Positions 1-9,287 of a stretch of 64,000 nucleotides of DNA are shown piece after piece. Under the pieces are notes generated by a model. The model was not told where the DNA came from, ran no database searches, and saw nothing but the letters and a program-made list of their open reading frames with translations. Each line of letters begins with the position of its first letter. Within the stretch, counting starts at the first letter, position 1. Position numbers and translations under genes: made by a program. The DNA is from Synechococcales cyanobacterium VAR_4_metabat_354 (GTDB lineage: Bacteria > Cyanobacteriota > Cyanobacteriia > Cyanobacteriales > Chamaesiphonaceae). The stretch is from the NCBI GenBank assembly GCA_031414775.1, contig JANOQI010000026.1, forward strand, positions 39,271-103,270, given 5' to 3'.

Positions 1-41
1 CCAACAGTGGACTCTTTGCTCAAATCGCTGCTGGCGGCTAG
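1..41 (+). CDS. 3' end of an upstream gene (partial), possibly the PsaL-like tail of an IsiA-PsaL fusion
   Basis: Frame from base 3 reads [12 protein letters not shown] then TAG (39-41), 40 nt before the isiA ATG. Only 12 codons are visible. Confidence 0.3.
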   Translation, partial: NSGLFAQIAAGG

Positions 42-81
42 AGCTGTTAAAAATTTCGATTCTCAACTTGGAGATAAATTT

Positions 82-1167
82 ATGCAAACTTATGACAAAC
101 AGACAATTCGATATGATTGGTGGGCAGGAAACGCCCGTTTCGCAGATTTATCGGGACTGTTTATTGCCGCCCATGTGGGTCAGGCCGCACTCACTGTTTT
201 TTGGGCAGGGGCGATGACTTTGTTTGAACTTTCTCGCTACAACCCCGAGATTGCGATGGGTGAACAAGGCTTAATTTTGCTGCCACATTTGGCTACTTTG
301 GGAATTGGCGTCGGGAAAGGGGGTGTCATTGCTGACACCTATCCGATGTTTGCCGTGGGTGCAGTACATCTGATTTCTTCGGCAGTGCTGGGAGCTGGAG
401 CCTTGTTTCATACCTTTAAAGCACCAGCTAGTCTCGACGAAGCCAAAGGACAGGCGCGCAAATTCCACTTTAACTGGAACGACCACAAACAGTTGGGTTT
501 GATTCTTGGTCATCACCTACTATTTTTAGGAGTCGGGGCTTTAGCGTTAGCTTTCAAAGCCACCACCTTCGGCGGCTTGTACGATCCAGTCATTCATGAT
601 GTGCGAGTAGTTACAGCCCCCACTCTCGATCCGACGGTGATCTTTGGCTACCAAACACACTTTGCCAGTGTTAACAACCTGGAAGATTTGGTGGGTGGAC
701 ATATTTTTGTCGGTGCCATGTTAATTTTGGGTGGTGTTTGGCACATTGTGCGCGAACCTTTGCCCTGGGCAAAAAAGGCATTAATCTTTTCGGGTGAAGC
801 CATCCTTTCTTACTCCTTAGGAGGCATCGCCCTCGCTGCTTTTGTAGCTTCTTACTTCTGTGCCGTCAATACCTTGGCCTATCCCGTAGAATTCTACGGT
901 CCAGTTTTAGATGTCAAGCTGGGCATCACCCCCTATTTCGCCGATACCGTGAAGCTAGCGATCGGACACACGCCCCGTTGTTGGTTAGCCAATGCTCATT
1001 TCTTCCTAGGCTTCTTCTTCTTGCAAGGTCATCTGTGGCACGCTTTGCGCGCGATGGGATTCGACTTTAAGCGTGTCGAAAATGCCATTAATTCGATCGC
1101 TGAACCCATGTCCGAGCCAGTAACTCCGGCTAAACCAACCGCTATAGCTGCTGAAAAGTCAGCATAA
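82..1167 (+). CDS. isiA: Iron-stress chlorophyll-binding protein IsiA (CP43' family)
   Basis: [15 protein letters not shown] start; [31 protein letters not shown] and GHLWHALRA motifs; 6 TM. ATG at 82 follows GGAG; the ORF-track start at 7 is too far upstream. Confidence 0.93.
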   Translation: MQTYDKQTIRYDWWAGNARFADLSGLFIAAHVGQAALTVFWAGAMTLFELSRYNPEIAMGEQGLILLPHLATLGIGVGKGGVIADTYPMFAVGAVHLISSAVLGAGALFHTFKAPASLDEAKGQARKFHFNWNDHKQLGLILGHHLLFLGVGALALAFKATTFGGLYDPVIHDVRVVTAPTLDPTVIFGYQTHFASVNNLEDLVGGHIFVGAMLILGGVWHIVREPLPWAKKALIFSGEAILSYSLGGIALAAFVASYFCAVNTLAYPVEFYGPVLDVKLGITPYFADTVKLAIGHTPRCWLANAHFFLGFFFLQGHLWHALRAMGFDFKRVENAINSIAEPMSEPVTPAKPTAIAAEKSA

Positions 1168-1176
1168 AATAACGAC

Positions 1177-1196
1177 GGGCAGACCCTAGTTTGCCC
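1177..1196 (+). other. Intergenic stem-loop between the isiA paralogs
   Basis: GGGCAGAC-CCTA-GTTTGCCC, 8-bp stem with one G-U pair. Confidence 0.5.
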
Positions 1197-1228
1197 AGTA
1201 CTTTCTGAGGAGATTTGAGGATTTTATC

Positions 1229-2188
1229 ATGACTATCTCTTTAAATAGATCGATCGCTGATGGTGATTCGCGCCGGTTATGGTTAGTCGGCAATGCCCAG
1301 CTCGTAAATTTTTCGGGCCAACTGCTGGGTGCTCATTTAGCTCATGCTGCTCTCATTGTATTTTGGGCTGGAATCACTACGGTGAGTGAAGTGCTACGCT
1401 ATCAACCAGATGTTCCTTTTACCGAGCAAGGCTTTTTACTATTACCGCACCTAGCGACTTTGGGCTGGGGCGTGGGTAACAACGGTCAAATTCTAGAAAC
1501 CGAGACCTACTTTGCGATCGGGATGATTCATTTAGTTGCTTCTGCCGTGTTAGCCGCTGGGGGTCTGTATCATATAGTGCGCGCTCCTGCTAATTTAGCT
1601 ACTAGTAGTCCTCAGGTTGCCCGCTTTCACTACGAATGGACTGATGCCAAACAACTCGGTCTGATTCTGGGGCATCATCTGATTCTGTTGGGGCTGGGGG
1701 CTTGGTTGTTAGTGCTCAAAGCTACTGACTTTGGCGGTATCTATGATCCAGCCATCCACCAAGTGCGGCTAGTTACTAATCCTACGATTGATCCTAGTAT
1801 TATTTTTGGCTATGTAGTTGGCCTAAACCACGGTGTGTGGAATCTTCAGGGCATGGCCAGCGTCAACAATCTCGAAGATGTCATCGGTGGTCATATCTGG
1901 ATAGCCGGTATTTTAATCCTGGGTGGTACTTGGCATATTATTGTGCCGCCTTTTGCCCTTGTCCGCCGCTGGCTCAGAATTGATGCTGATGCGGTGTTGT
2001 CTTATAGTCTGGCGAGTTTAGCTTTGATGGCTGGGACTTCTAGTGCTTTTATCGGTTTCAATACAACAGTTTTCCCGATCGAGTTTTATGGTGCAGACCG
2101 CACTAGTCTGGCAGCGACTCAGTTTTTCTTAGGGTTAGTGGCATTGATTGGCCACTTATGGCACAGCTATCGTGCCCGTACTAACTAA
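1229..2188 (+). CDS. Second, divergent IsiA/Pcb-family chlorophyll-binding protein
   Basis: [49 protein letters not shown] and GHLWH motifs; very short loop E; GAGG RBS. Confidence 0.9.
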   Translation: MTISLNRSIADGDSRRLWLVGNAQLVNFSGQLLGAHLAHAALIVFWAGITTVSEVLRYQPDVPFTEQGFLLLPHLATLGWGVGNNGQILETETYFAIGMIHLVASAVLAAGGLYHIVRAPANLATSSPQVARFHYEWTDAKQLGLILGHHLILLGLGAWLLVLKATDFGGIYDPAIHQVRLVTNPTIDPSIIFGYVVGLNHGVWNLQGMASVNNLEDVIGGHIWIAGILILGGTWHIIVPPFALVRRWLRIDADAVLSYSLASLALMAGTSSAFIGFNTTVFPIEFYGADRTSLAATQFFLGLVALIGHLWHSYRARTN

Positions 2189-2221
2189 TAAATAAGTAAT
2201 TTATCTACTAGGAGATGTGAG

Positions 2222-2731
2222 ATGTCTAAAATCGGTCTTTTTTATGGTACTCAAACCGGCAAAACAGAAACGATCGCCGAGATGATTCAAGAACAACTGG
2301 GCAAAGGTATCGTAGATCTCTATGATATGTCCCAGGCTGAAACTGATGATTTTGCTGATTACCAGCACCTGATTATTGGTGCCCCTACTTGGAATATTGG
2401 TGAACTATCCAGTGATTGGGATGCCTTTTTCCCAGACTTGGATGAGATTGACTTTAGTGGCAAAACCGTTGCTTACTTTGGGGTCGGTGATCAAATTGGC
2501 TACTCCGATAATTTTTTGGATGCGATCGGGATTCTAGAAGAGAAAATTAGTGCCCTAGGTGGCAAAACAGTCTGCCCCTGGCCAACTGACGGCTATGACT
2601 TTAGTGAATCACGCGGAGTGCGGGACGGTAAATTCATTGGTTTAGCACTGGATGAAGATAACCAAGGAGATTTAACCGAGTCGCGGATTAAAACTTGGGC
2701 AGCACAAGTTAAACAAGCCTTTGGTATCTGA
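2222..2731 (+). CDS. isiB: Flavodoxin
   Basis: IGLFYGTQTGKTE, GAPTWNIGEL and GLALDEDNQ long-chain flavodoxin motifs; AGGAG RBS; lies in the isiA operon. Confidence 0.96.
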   Translation: MSKIGLFYGTQTGKTETIAEMIQEQLGKGIVDLYDMSQAETDDFADYQHLIIGAPTWNIGELSSDWDAFFPDLDEIDFSGKTVAYFGVGDQIGYSDNFLDAIGILEEKISALGGKTVCPWPTDGYDFSESRGVRDGKFIGLALDEDNQGDLTESRIKTWAAQVKQAFGI

Positions 2732-2748
2732 AACTTATCGTTGAATAT

Positions 2749-2779
2749 TAGATTTAGGGAATAAATCTCCCTAAATCTA
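2749..2779 (+). other. Perfect 12-bp stem-loop between isiB and isiC
   Basis: TAGATTTAGGGA-ATAAATC-TCCCTAAATCTA, with no U-tract. Confidence 0.65.
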
Positions 2780-2823
2780 GCGAGTTTACCTATCAATAGC
2801 TCAATAGCTATTATTACTTTTTC

Positions 2824-3561
2824 ATGAAAAACGATTATCAATTTTTGTGGGTGAATGTTAGCCCCGCCTTTAAAGTATTTCACCGTAATCTTTTCGATTA
2901 TTTAGGTCAGGACTTTGAAATTGGTCTTTGGGAGTATCACCAAACCCTAGATGAATCCAGCACTATGTCGAATGCTGAAGAACTGCTACATGAATTTATC
3001 AGTAACAATAATCAGCCTATTCATCTTATTGGCCATGGGATGAGTGGTAGCTTAGCTTTGCGTTACGCCCGCTCTCATCCAGAGCAGGTAGCATCGCTGA
3101 GTCTGCTGAGTGTACCAGTGCAACCAGCGATCGACTGGCAATCTTATTACTATTATCACCTGCGCTCTTTACCTTACGAACGAGCCTGTATTTTGAAACT
3201 GATGGCTAGTAGTCTGTTTCCGGATGCTTGCTCTGGCTGTATTCAACATGTCGCCAATCGACTAGCCAGAGATTTGGTCGAAGCCCCCTCCGACCACTCT
3301 TTGTGGAAGTTTGATCTATTGCCTCAGGGTGGAGTCAAGATGCCTCTACTATTGGCAGCAGCGGAGGATGATGTCATTGCTAAGGGGGTACTTTTTACGG
3401 ACTGGCTCAGCCATCTCAAGCTAGAAGATGAAATTTGGCACCATCAAACTGGTGGGCATTTCTTTCACCATTGGCATACTGCTGATATTGGCAAGCAAAT
3501 TCAAGAATTTTGGCAGCAGGCTCTCTCTCCACAAAAATCTTTGGTTGCAGCTCTATCATGA
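2824..3561 (+). CDS. isiC: IsiC-like alpha/beta-hydrolase fold protein
   Basis: IHLIGHGMSG elbow-like motif and C-terminal GGHFFH; directly follows isiB as in cyanobacterial isiABC operons. Confidence 0.75.
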   Translation: MKNDYQFLWVNVSPAFKVFHRNLFDYLGQDFEIGLWEYHQTLDESSTMSNAEELLHEFISNNNQPIHLIGHGMSGSLALRYARSHPEQVASLSLLSVPVQPAIDWQSYYYYHLRSLPYERACILKLMASSLFPDACSGCIQHVANRLARDLVEAPSDHSLWKFDLLPQGGVKMPLLLAAAEDDVIAKGVLFTDWLSHLKLEDEIWHHQTGGHFFHHWHTADIGKQIQEFWQQALSPQKSLVAALS

Positions 3562-3866
3562 TTTTACTCTGCTCCGTTATTGCTTGGGGTTTGACAGTAA
3601 GTGGTTTTTTGACAATTTGCTATAACTGGCGAGCTGGGATTAAGCATCTTTATCAACTTCACCGAGTGCCTTGTAGTAAATGCCAATATTTCACAAATAG
3701 CTGCTATCTCAAATGCACAGTTAGTCCTCATCTGGCTTGCACAGAACAGGCGATTGGTTGTCGAGATTTTACCTCCATCACTTCTTTACAACAATCTTCT
3801 ACTTCTAAGCCAACAAAATCTTCTCGATTCAAGTACAACCTAGGTGATTGTCATGAAAACCAATAA
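3558..3866 (+). CDS. Small membrane-anchored Cys-rich protein (Cx2Cx10Cx14C), copy 1
   Basis: ATG overlaps the isiC stop (ATGA 3558-3561). N-terminal hydrophobic helix, then PCSKCQYFTNS..LKCTV.P..A.TE.AI.C.DF. Paralog at 61166-61411. Confidence 0.8.
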   Translation: MILLCSVIAWGLTVSGFLTICYNWRAGIKHLYQLHRVPCSKCQYFTNSCYLKCTVSPHLACTEQAIGCRDFTSITSLQQSSTSKPTKSSRFKYNLGDCHENQ

Positions 3867-4044
3867 TCGACGCTGCCAGTATATTTCTGCACATCAAGTC
3901 AATCGAGTAACTATGATTATTACAGAACAGTGGGAAGAAGTTATGTCAATAGTCCAAAGAAGAGCTGATAAGCACAATTATGAACAACGTATTCTGATGC
4001 GCCAGAATATTCAGAGACACCATCTCCAGAGAGATGCTGCCTAA
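3853..4044 (+). CDS. Small hypothetical protein (63 aa), partner of the Cys-rich protein, copy 1
   Basis: ATG at 3853 after AGGTG; overlaps the previous ORF; ungapped similarity to 60902-61090. Confidence 0.65.
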   Translation: MKTNNRRCQYISAHQVNRVTMIITEQWEEVMSIVQRRADKHNYEQRILMRQNIQRHHLQRDAA

Positions 4045-4105
4045 GCATGATATGAATTCATGAATCTTGGTAGCTGTCATGTAAATTACAGAAATAGCTC
4101 AAATA

Positions 4106-4939
4106 TCAGCTTGTTTTTCTTTCGATCACATGGGTAGAACTAATCCATTCACCTTTTTCACTGTAACTACGTATTAATCGTTGGCGTTCATCATCTGCAA
4201 CGAGCCATCCAGCTTCGACGAAAAATGTTTCATGGCGCTGGATTTGCAAGGGCAGATTGCTCGACCCGCCATCAGGTAATAGTAGAATTTCTCGCGGATT
4301 TTTTCCATCTTCGTAGCAGAGCTTGCTCCCCTCAATTTTGGCTGTTATAGAAATTGTCTGATTTCTCCAAGATAGTTTTTGCTCTAAGCGATCACCATCA
4401 ATCCGGCTAACTTCTAAGTTGGTATTATAGTGATCAGGGTTCCGCAAATCGGCATAAGCCGTCACCGCCTGACCTTCCCACTTGCCTACTAGTTGATCTA
4501 CTGTTAATGGCGGCCGTTCCGCAGCATCAGTCCCACTCCGAAATTCTCGAATTAACACCAAATTGATGAAATTGTGTTCGGTATCAAATAACTGTACGCA
4601 GCGCCAGCGACGATTCTTACTCACAAAGCCATATTCTGCCCCGAATTCTGAAAATGGTGCCAGCTGAATGGTACCCTTGGAAAAAGCCCCGGTATCGAAA
4701 AAGACGTTTTGCTTGCCGATCGATCGATACTCTTGCTCATGGTCTGAAATTGGGGCTGAGTCGTAACCGTTGGTTCCATAGCGCCGAATCCGAAAGCGCA
4801 CCAGTTGGTTATCTTCTGATCCTGTTAAGCTTAAGATTGAAGGGGTAGAACTGCCCAGTTCGCCAGTCGAGGAGACTTCGGTAAACGATCCCGACCATTC
4901 CCCCAGATTTTCGAGAAAGTTGTCCCAGTTGCTGTTCAT
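4106..4939 (-). CDS. DUF3598 family protein
   Basis: NWDNFLENLGEWSGSFT N-terminus and LLPDGGSS..FFVEAGWL..RQRLIRSY motifs of this cyanobacterial/plant family. Confidence 0.75.
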   Translation of the reverse strand: MNSNWDNFLENLGEWSGSFTEVSSTGELGSSTPSILSLTGSEDNQLVRFRIRRYGTNGYDSAPISDHEQEYRSIGKQNVFFDTGAFSKGTIQLAPFSEFGAEYGFVSKNRRWRCVQLFDTEHNFINLVLIREFRSGTDAAERPPLTVDQLVGKWEGQAVTAYADLRNPDHYNTNLEVSRIDGDRLEQKLSWRNQTISITAKIEGSKLCYEDGKNPREILLLPDGGSSNLPLQIQRHETFFVEAGWLVADDERQRLIRSYSEKGEWISSTHVIERKTS

Positions 4940-5068
4940 AATTGCTCATAGAGTGCTCAGTCTAGAATATAACAGTCTCGATCGATGAGAAGAGCAGCAC
5001 CAGGTAATATCAACCGAAATCAACAGTTAGTGCCAAAATAGTAAAGCCGACCTTTAAATTTTGCACTA

Positions 5069-6418
5069 ATGTCCACTAGCTCTCGCCGCTATCACATCAC
5101 CACCTTCGGCTGTCAGATGAACAAAGCCGACTCCGAACGGATGGGGGGCATCCTGGAATCGATGGGATTCCTATGGTCGGAAGATCCTTTTGCCGCTGAT
5201 TTGGTGGTGTACAATACCTGCACCATTCGGGACAGTGCTGAACAAAAAGTATATTCCTACCTGGGCAGACAGGTGGAACGCAAACACGAAGACCCTAGTT
5301 TGACGTTGGTGGTGGCCGGTTGTCTGGCGCAACAAGAAGGTGAAGCCTTACTGTGGCGGGTGCCCGAGCTGGATTTAGTGATGGGTCCCCAACATGCCAA
5401 CCGGATCGACGAGCTACTCCATCAAGTTTTTAGTGGTCAGCAGGTGTTGGCTACCGAGCAAATTCATATTATCGAAGATATCACTAAGCCGCGCCGCGAT
5501 AGTGCTGTTGCGGCTTGGGTGAATATCATCTATGGTTGTAACGAACGGTGCACTTATTGTGTGGTGCCCTCAGTGCGGGGCGTGGAGCAATCTCGTATCC
5601 CAGAAGCCATTCGATCGGAGATGATTGATTTAGGCACACAGGGTTATAAAGAAATTACTCTACTTGGTCAGAATATCGATGCCTACGGTCGGGACCTACC
5701 TGGTTCCAAGCCCGATGGTCAAAATTTACATACCCTCACTGACTTACTCTATTTTGTCCATGATGCCCCAGGGATCGATCGATTAAGATTTGCTACTAGT
5801 CATCCCCGCTATTTTACCGATCGACTCATCAAAGCCTGTGCCGAGTTGCCCAAGGTTTGTGAGCATTTCCATATTCCCATTCAGTCCGGCAACAACGATA
5901 TTTTGCAAGCGATGGCGCGGGGTTATACCCACCAGAAGTATCGGCGGATTATCAATAATATCCGCGAACTACTGCCCGATGCCTCGATTAGTACTGATAT
6001 TATTGTGGCTTTCCCGGGCGAGACCGATGAGCAGTTTGCGGATACGTTGCGGTTGGTGTCAGATATTGGCTTTGATATGGTAAACACGGCAGCTTATTCG
6101 CCCCGACCAGGTACACCAGCGGCGCTGTGGGATAACCAATTGAGCGAAGAAGTGAAAGTTGACAGGCTAAAGCAAATTAATCAACTGGGGCGGCGGCAGG
6201 CCGAAGACAGGTCTCAGCGTTATTTGGGTAGAACTGAGGAAATTCTAGTAGAAGCCCAGAATCCGAAGAATCCGACACAGGTATTGGGGCGCACGCGAGG
6301 TAATCGTCTGACGTTTTTCGCTGGGGATATTAGTGAGTTGCAGGGAAAAACTGTAGCAGTGAAAATCACTGAGGTGCGGCCTTTTAGTCTGACTGGAGAA
6401 CTAGTAAATTTCGGTTAG
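5069..6418 (+). CDS. miaB: tRNA-2-methylthio-N6-dimethylallyladenosine synthase (radical SAM)
   Basis: [28 protein letters not shown] and a C-terminal TRAM domain. Confidence 0.96.
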   Translation: MSTSSRRYHITTFGCQMNKADSERMGGILESMGFLWSEDPFAADLVVYNTCTIRDSAEQKVYSYLGRQVERKHEDPSLTLVVAGCLAQQEGEALLWRVPELDLVMGPQHANRIDELLHQVFSGQQVLATEQIHIIEDITKPRRDSAVAAWVNIIYGCNERCTYCVVPSVRGVEQSRIPEAIRSEMIDLGTQGYKEITLLGQNIDAYGRDLPGSKPDGQNLHTLTDLLYFVHDAPGIDRLRFATSHPRYFTDRLIKACAELPKVCEHFHIPIQSGNNDILQAMARGYTHQKYRRIINNIRELLPDASISTDIIVAFPGETDEQFADTLRLVSDIGFDMVNTAAYSPRPGTPAALWDNQLSEEVKVDRLKQINQLGRRQAEDRSQRYLGRTEEILVEAQNPKNPTQVLGRTRGNRLTFFAGDISELQGKTVAVKITEVRPFSLTGELVNFG

Positions 6419-6501
6419 ATTTATCAGGATTAGAGTTCGATCGCGTTGCTATCAATGAAAAGAGTCAATGACATAGACGTGGTTCTGCGCCTAATGGAGT
6501 T

Positions 6502-7612
6502 TTAGACCAGTTGGCTATCCTGACGCAGATAAGCTTCGATGAAACTATCCAAATCACCATCCATCACATCACTAACTGCACTGGTTTCCACACTGGTGCG
6601 TAAATCTTTCACCATCTGATACGGCTGAAAAACATAGTTGCGAATCTGGGTGCCCCAGGCTGCTTCCACTATATCGCCCCGAATCTCGGCGATTTCCTTG
6701 GCCTTCTGTTCCTGCGCCACAATCAGCAACTTGGCCTTCAAAATTACCAGCGCTTTCTCCTTATTCTGGAGCTGGCTGCGCTCTTGAGTACAACGCACCG
6801 CAATCCCAGTGGGTTTATGGACAATCCGCACCGCCGTTTCTACTTTGTTAACGTTCTGGCCACCCTTGCCGCCCGCTCTAGTCGTGGTGATTTCCAGATC
6901 AGTATCTGGGATATCTAGACGCACGGTGTTGTCAATTAATGGCATCACTTCGACACCAGCAAAGCTAGTTTGGCGCTTATCATTGGCATTAAAGGGCGAT
7001 ATCCGGACCAGCCGGTGAGTACCTTTTTCGCTTTTTAAGTAGCCATAGGCATAACGACCAATAATCTCGATCGTCACCGACTTTAAGCCAGCCTCTTCGC
7101 CCTCTGAGATTTCATCGATCTGTACTTTGTATTTATGCTGTTCTGCCCACCGCGTATACATCCGCAACAACATTTCTGCCCAATCCTGAGCGTCTGTACC
7201 CCCGGCACCAGCGTTGATTGTTAGTACCGCGCCTTTAGAATCATAAATCCCCGATAACAGCCGTTCTAGTTCCCAGCGATCGAGTTCTACTTTCAGGGTA
7301 TTAAGACTCTGCTGGGCTTCGGTAAACAACGCCGCATCTTCTTCTAACTCCAACATTTCCAGGGCTGCCGCCGCATCGGCCAGACTGCTTTGCCAACTGT
7401 GCAGCTGCTGCAAGTTAGATTTCAGATCATCAAGCTGCTGTAACGTGGTTTGAGCGGTTTCGCGGTTGTCCCAAAAATCGGCCTGAGCAGCAACCTGCTC
7501 CAAGTCTTGAATTTTGGCAGTGAGATTGGGTAGGTCAAAGATAGTCTTGAGTTTTACCCAAGCGATCGCCTAATGTGCCGATGTCTCTTTTGAGATCTAC
7601 TAAATCGATCAT
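6502..7612 (-). CDS. prfB: Peptide chain release factor 2 with programmed +1 frameshift
   Basis: ATG at 7612 gives [25 protein letters not shown], then CTT TGA C at 7540-7534. The +1 frame continues [14 protein letters not shown]... with SPF and GGQ motifs. Confidence 0.96.
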
Positions 7613-7616
7613 GTCC

Positions 7617-7919
7617 TTATAAGTTCCGGGCAAATTCCTGCAGAATGTCTAGCAATCTGGCCTGACAGGCAACTGGCAACAATTCCGCTAAAGGCAATTC
7701 TTTGCGACCACCGCCCAAGGGCACAATTACTTGCGCCAGGATTTCGTTTACTTTGTCGCCAGTAATATTCCCTGCCGACAGAGCTGGATAAGCTTTTTCA
7801 GCCAACACGGTATGTAGTTTGGCTTCTTTTAGGTAGAGATGCCATTTAGCCACATCAATATAGATTTTGTCGCCAATTTCACTGGCTAGCTCTTCGATTT
7901 GTTCGCTGTTATTAGCCAT
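7617..7919 (-). CDS. DUF3181 family protein
   Basis: IEELASEIGDKIYIDVAKWHLYL..LGGGRKELPL; conserved neighbour of cyanobacterial prfB; ATG at 7919. Confidence 0.75.
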   Translation of the reverse strand: MANNSEQIEELASEIGDKIYIDVAKWHLYLKEAKLHTVLAEKAYPALSAGNITGDKVNEILAQVIVPLGGGRKELPLAELLPVACQARLLDILQEFARNL

Positions 7920-8163
7920 TAGATTTCTCCGAATAATCTGCAATTACAAAAACATAAAGGGCGTGAAGCAAAATTACCGCTCCCCAAACACCAGCGATCT
8001 TGATTGGCCAGTCCCAATCAGCGTGGAGCAAAATCTTCAGAAACCACAGGGTAGAGTTGATAGCAGAAAAGGTTAGCACATGCACCGCAAAGTTCATGCG
8101 ATCATCTACTTTACGGTATTCCAGATCCTTTCGATCGGGTGGACGCGGCCAACTGCGAAGCAT
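7912..8163 (-). CDS. 2TM domain-containing small membrane protein
   Basis: WPRPPDRKD.EYRK.DDRMNFAVHV followed by two hydrophobic helices. Confidence 0.7.
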   Translation of the reverse strand: MLRSWPRPPDRKDLEYRKVDDRMNFAVHVLTFSAINSTLWFLKILLHADWDWPIKIAGVWGAVILLHALYVFVIADYSEKSNG

Positions 8164-8171
8164 GATTAATT

Positions 8172-8918
8172 ATGATGAACATCAATAGTCACAATATAAC
8201 ACCGCGAGTTACAGGGAGACTAATTCCCCATCTGTCTGCGCCGGGTGACGTGCAAATGAAAATCGATCAGTGGTTGCTGCAAGAATACGTGGCGGGTCGA
8301 ATGCCGCCGACACTGCGGTTTTATGATTGGTCGCCAGTGGCTATTTCTCTGGGTTATCATCAGCGCCGCTACCCAGTGGTTTGGGAAAGTTTAAGCTGGC
8401 AAGGGCAACCTGTCGAGCTAGTGCGGCGACCCACGGGCGGCCGAGCCGTGCTGCACCAGGGTGATTTGACCTACAGCATCATCACCAGTGGCCAGGGAAA
8501 AAGACTGGCAATTTACCAGCGGCTCTGCGAGTTTTTAATATTGGGTTGGCGACGACTGGGGCTAGATTTGAGCTATGGCCACCAGGGCAAAGAGTACCGC
8601 GATCAGCCGGATTGCTTTGCAACCGCCACCGGCGCGGATCTGGTGTTGGCTAATGGTTATAAGTTGATCGGTAGTGCTCAACTAATTAGGGATGGAGCAG
8701 TGTTACAGCACGGCTCCATGCGCTTACAGCCCGATGAAGAGTTATTTGAGTTGGTGTTTGGCACCAAGGCACCAATTGCTCCACCGTCATTTAAAGAATA
8801 TGAGCGGGATGCGATCATTCGTGTTTTAGTGCAGGCGGCAACGGATTGTTGGGAGATTAATTGGCAGCTAGAACCCTTGACAGCAGCAGAAATGGCGATC
8901 ATTTTCAGCTGCGATTAG
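8172..8918 (+). CDS. Lipoate-protein ligase A / LipM-like family protein
   Basis: PTLRFYDW, VRRPTGGRAVLH, KLIGSAQ and VLQHGS motifs. Confidence 0.88.
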   Translation: MMNINSHNITPRVTGRLIPHLSAPGDVQMKIDQWLLQEYVAGRMPPTLRFYDWSPVAISLGYHQRRYPVVWESLSWQGQPVELVRRPTGGRAVLHQGDLTYSIITSGQGKRLAIYQRLCEFLILGWRRLGLDLSYGHQGKEYRDQPDCFATATGADLVLANGYKLIGSAQLIRDGAVLQHGSMRLQPDEELFELVFGTKAPIAPPSFKEYERDAIIRVLVQAATDCWEINWQLEPLTAAEMAIIFSCD

Positions 8919-8929
8919 ATGTAGTTCAA

Positions 8930-9166
8930 TTAGTCAGTTTTGTCTTCAGTGTTGTTGATCGCCACTGGTTTATCGGCCACCACAGTTTCAGCAGCATCAA
9001 TTTCTTTCTTGATTTCGTTCTGAAAACTGCTAGAAGCATCTTGGAAGCTTTTCATCGCTTTACCCATACTGCGCCCAATTTCTGGCAGCTTTTTGGGGCC
9101 AAAAATCAAGAGAGCGATCGCGAAGATCACGGCCATTTCTGGTAAACCAATCCCAAAGAAGTTCAT
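8930..9166 (-). CDS. tatA: Twin-arginine translocase TatA/E subunit
   Basis: FGIGLPEMAVI..LLIFGPKKLPEIGRSMGKAMKSFQ. Confidence 0.93.
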   Translation of the reverse strand: MNFFGIGLPEMAVIFAIALLIFGPKKLPEIGRSMGKAMKSFQDASSSFQNEIKKEIDAAETVVADKPVAINNTEDKTD

Positions 9167-9287
9167 AATTATTGCTCAGCTTTAACAGGTCGATAGTTAA
9201 GGCTATTATACGATCGACTGGAATGATTGGTGCTTCCCCAGACTTGGTAGAATTCAAGAAACAGCGCCCCGTAAGCATCCAAAGAAC

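Noticed and set aside
2824..2842. Fur box at the isiC start (ATGAAAAACGATTATCAAT)
   Set aside because: Only one good half-site, the spacing is off, and it lies inside coding sequence.
6502..7612. prfB as a pseudogene or sequencing error
   Set aside because: The in-frame TGA sits in the canonical CTT-TGA-C programmed frameshift context.
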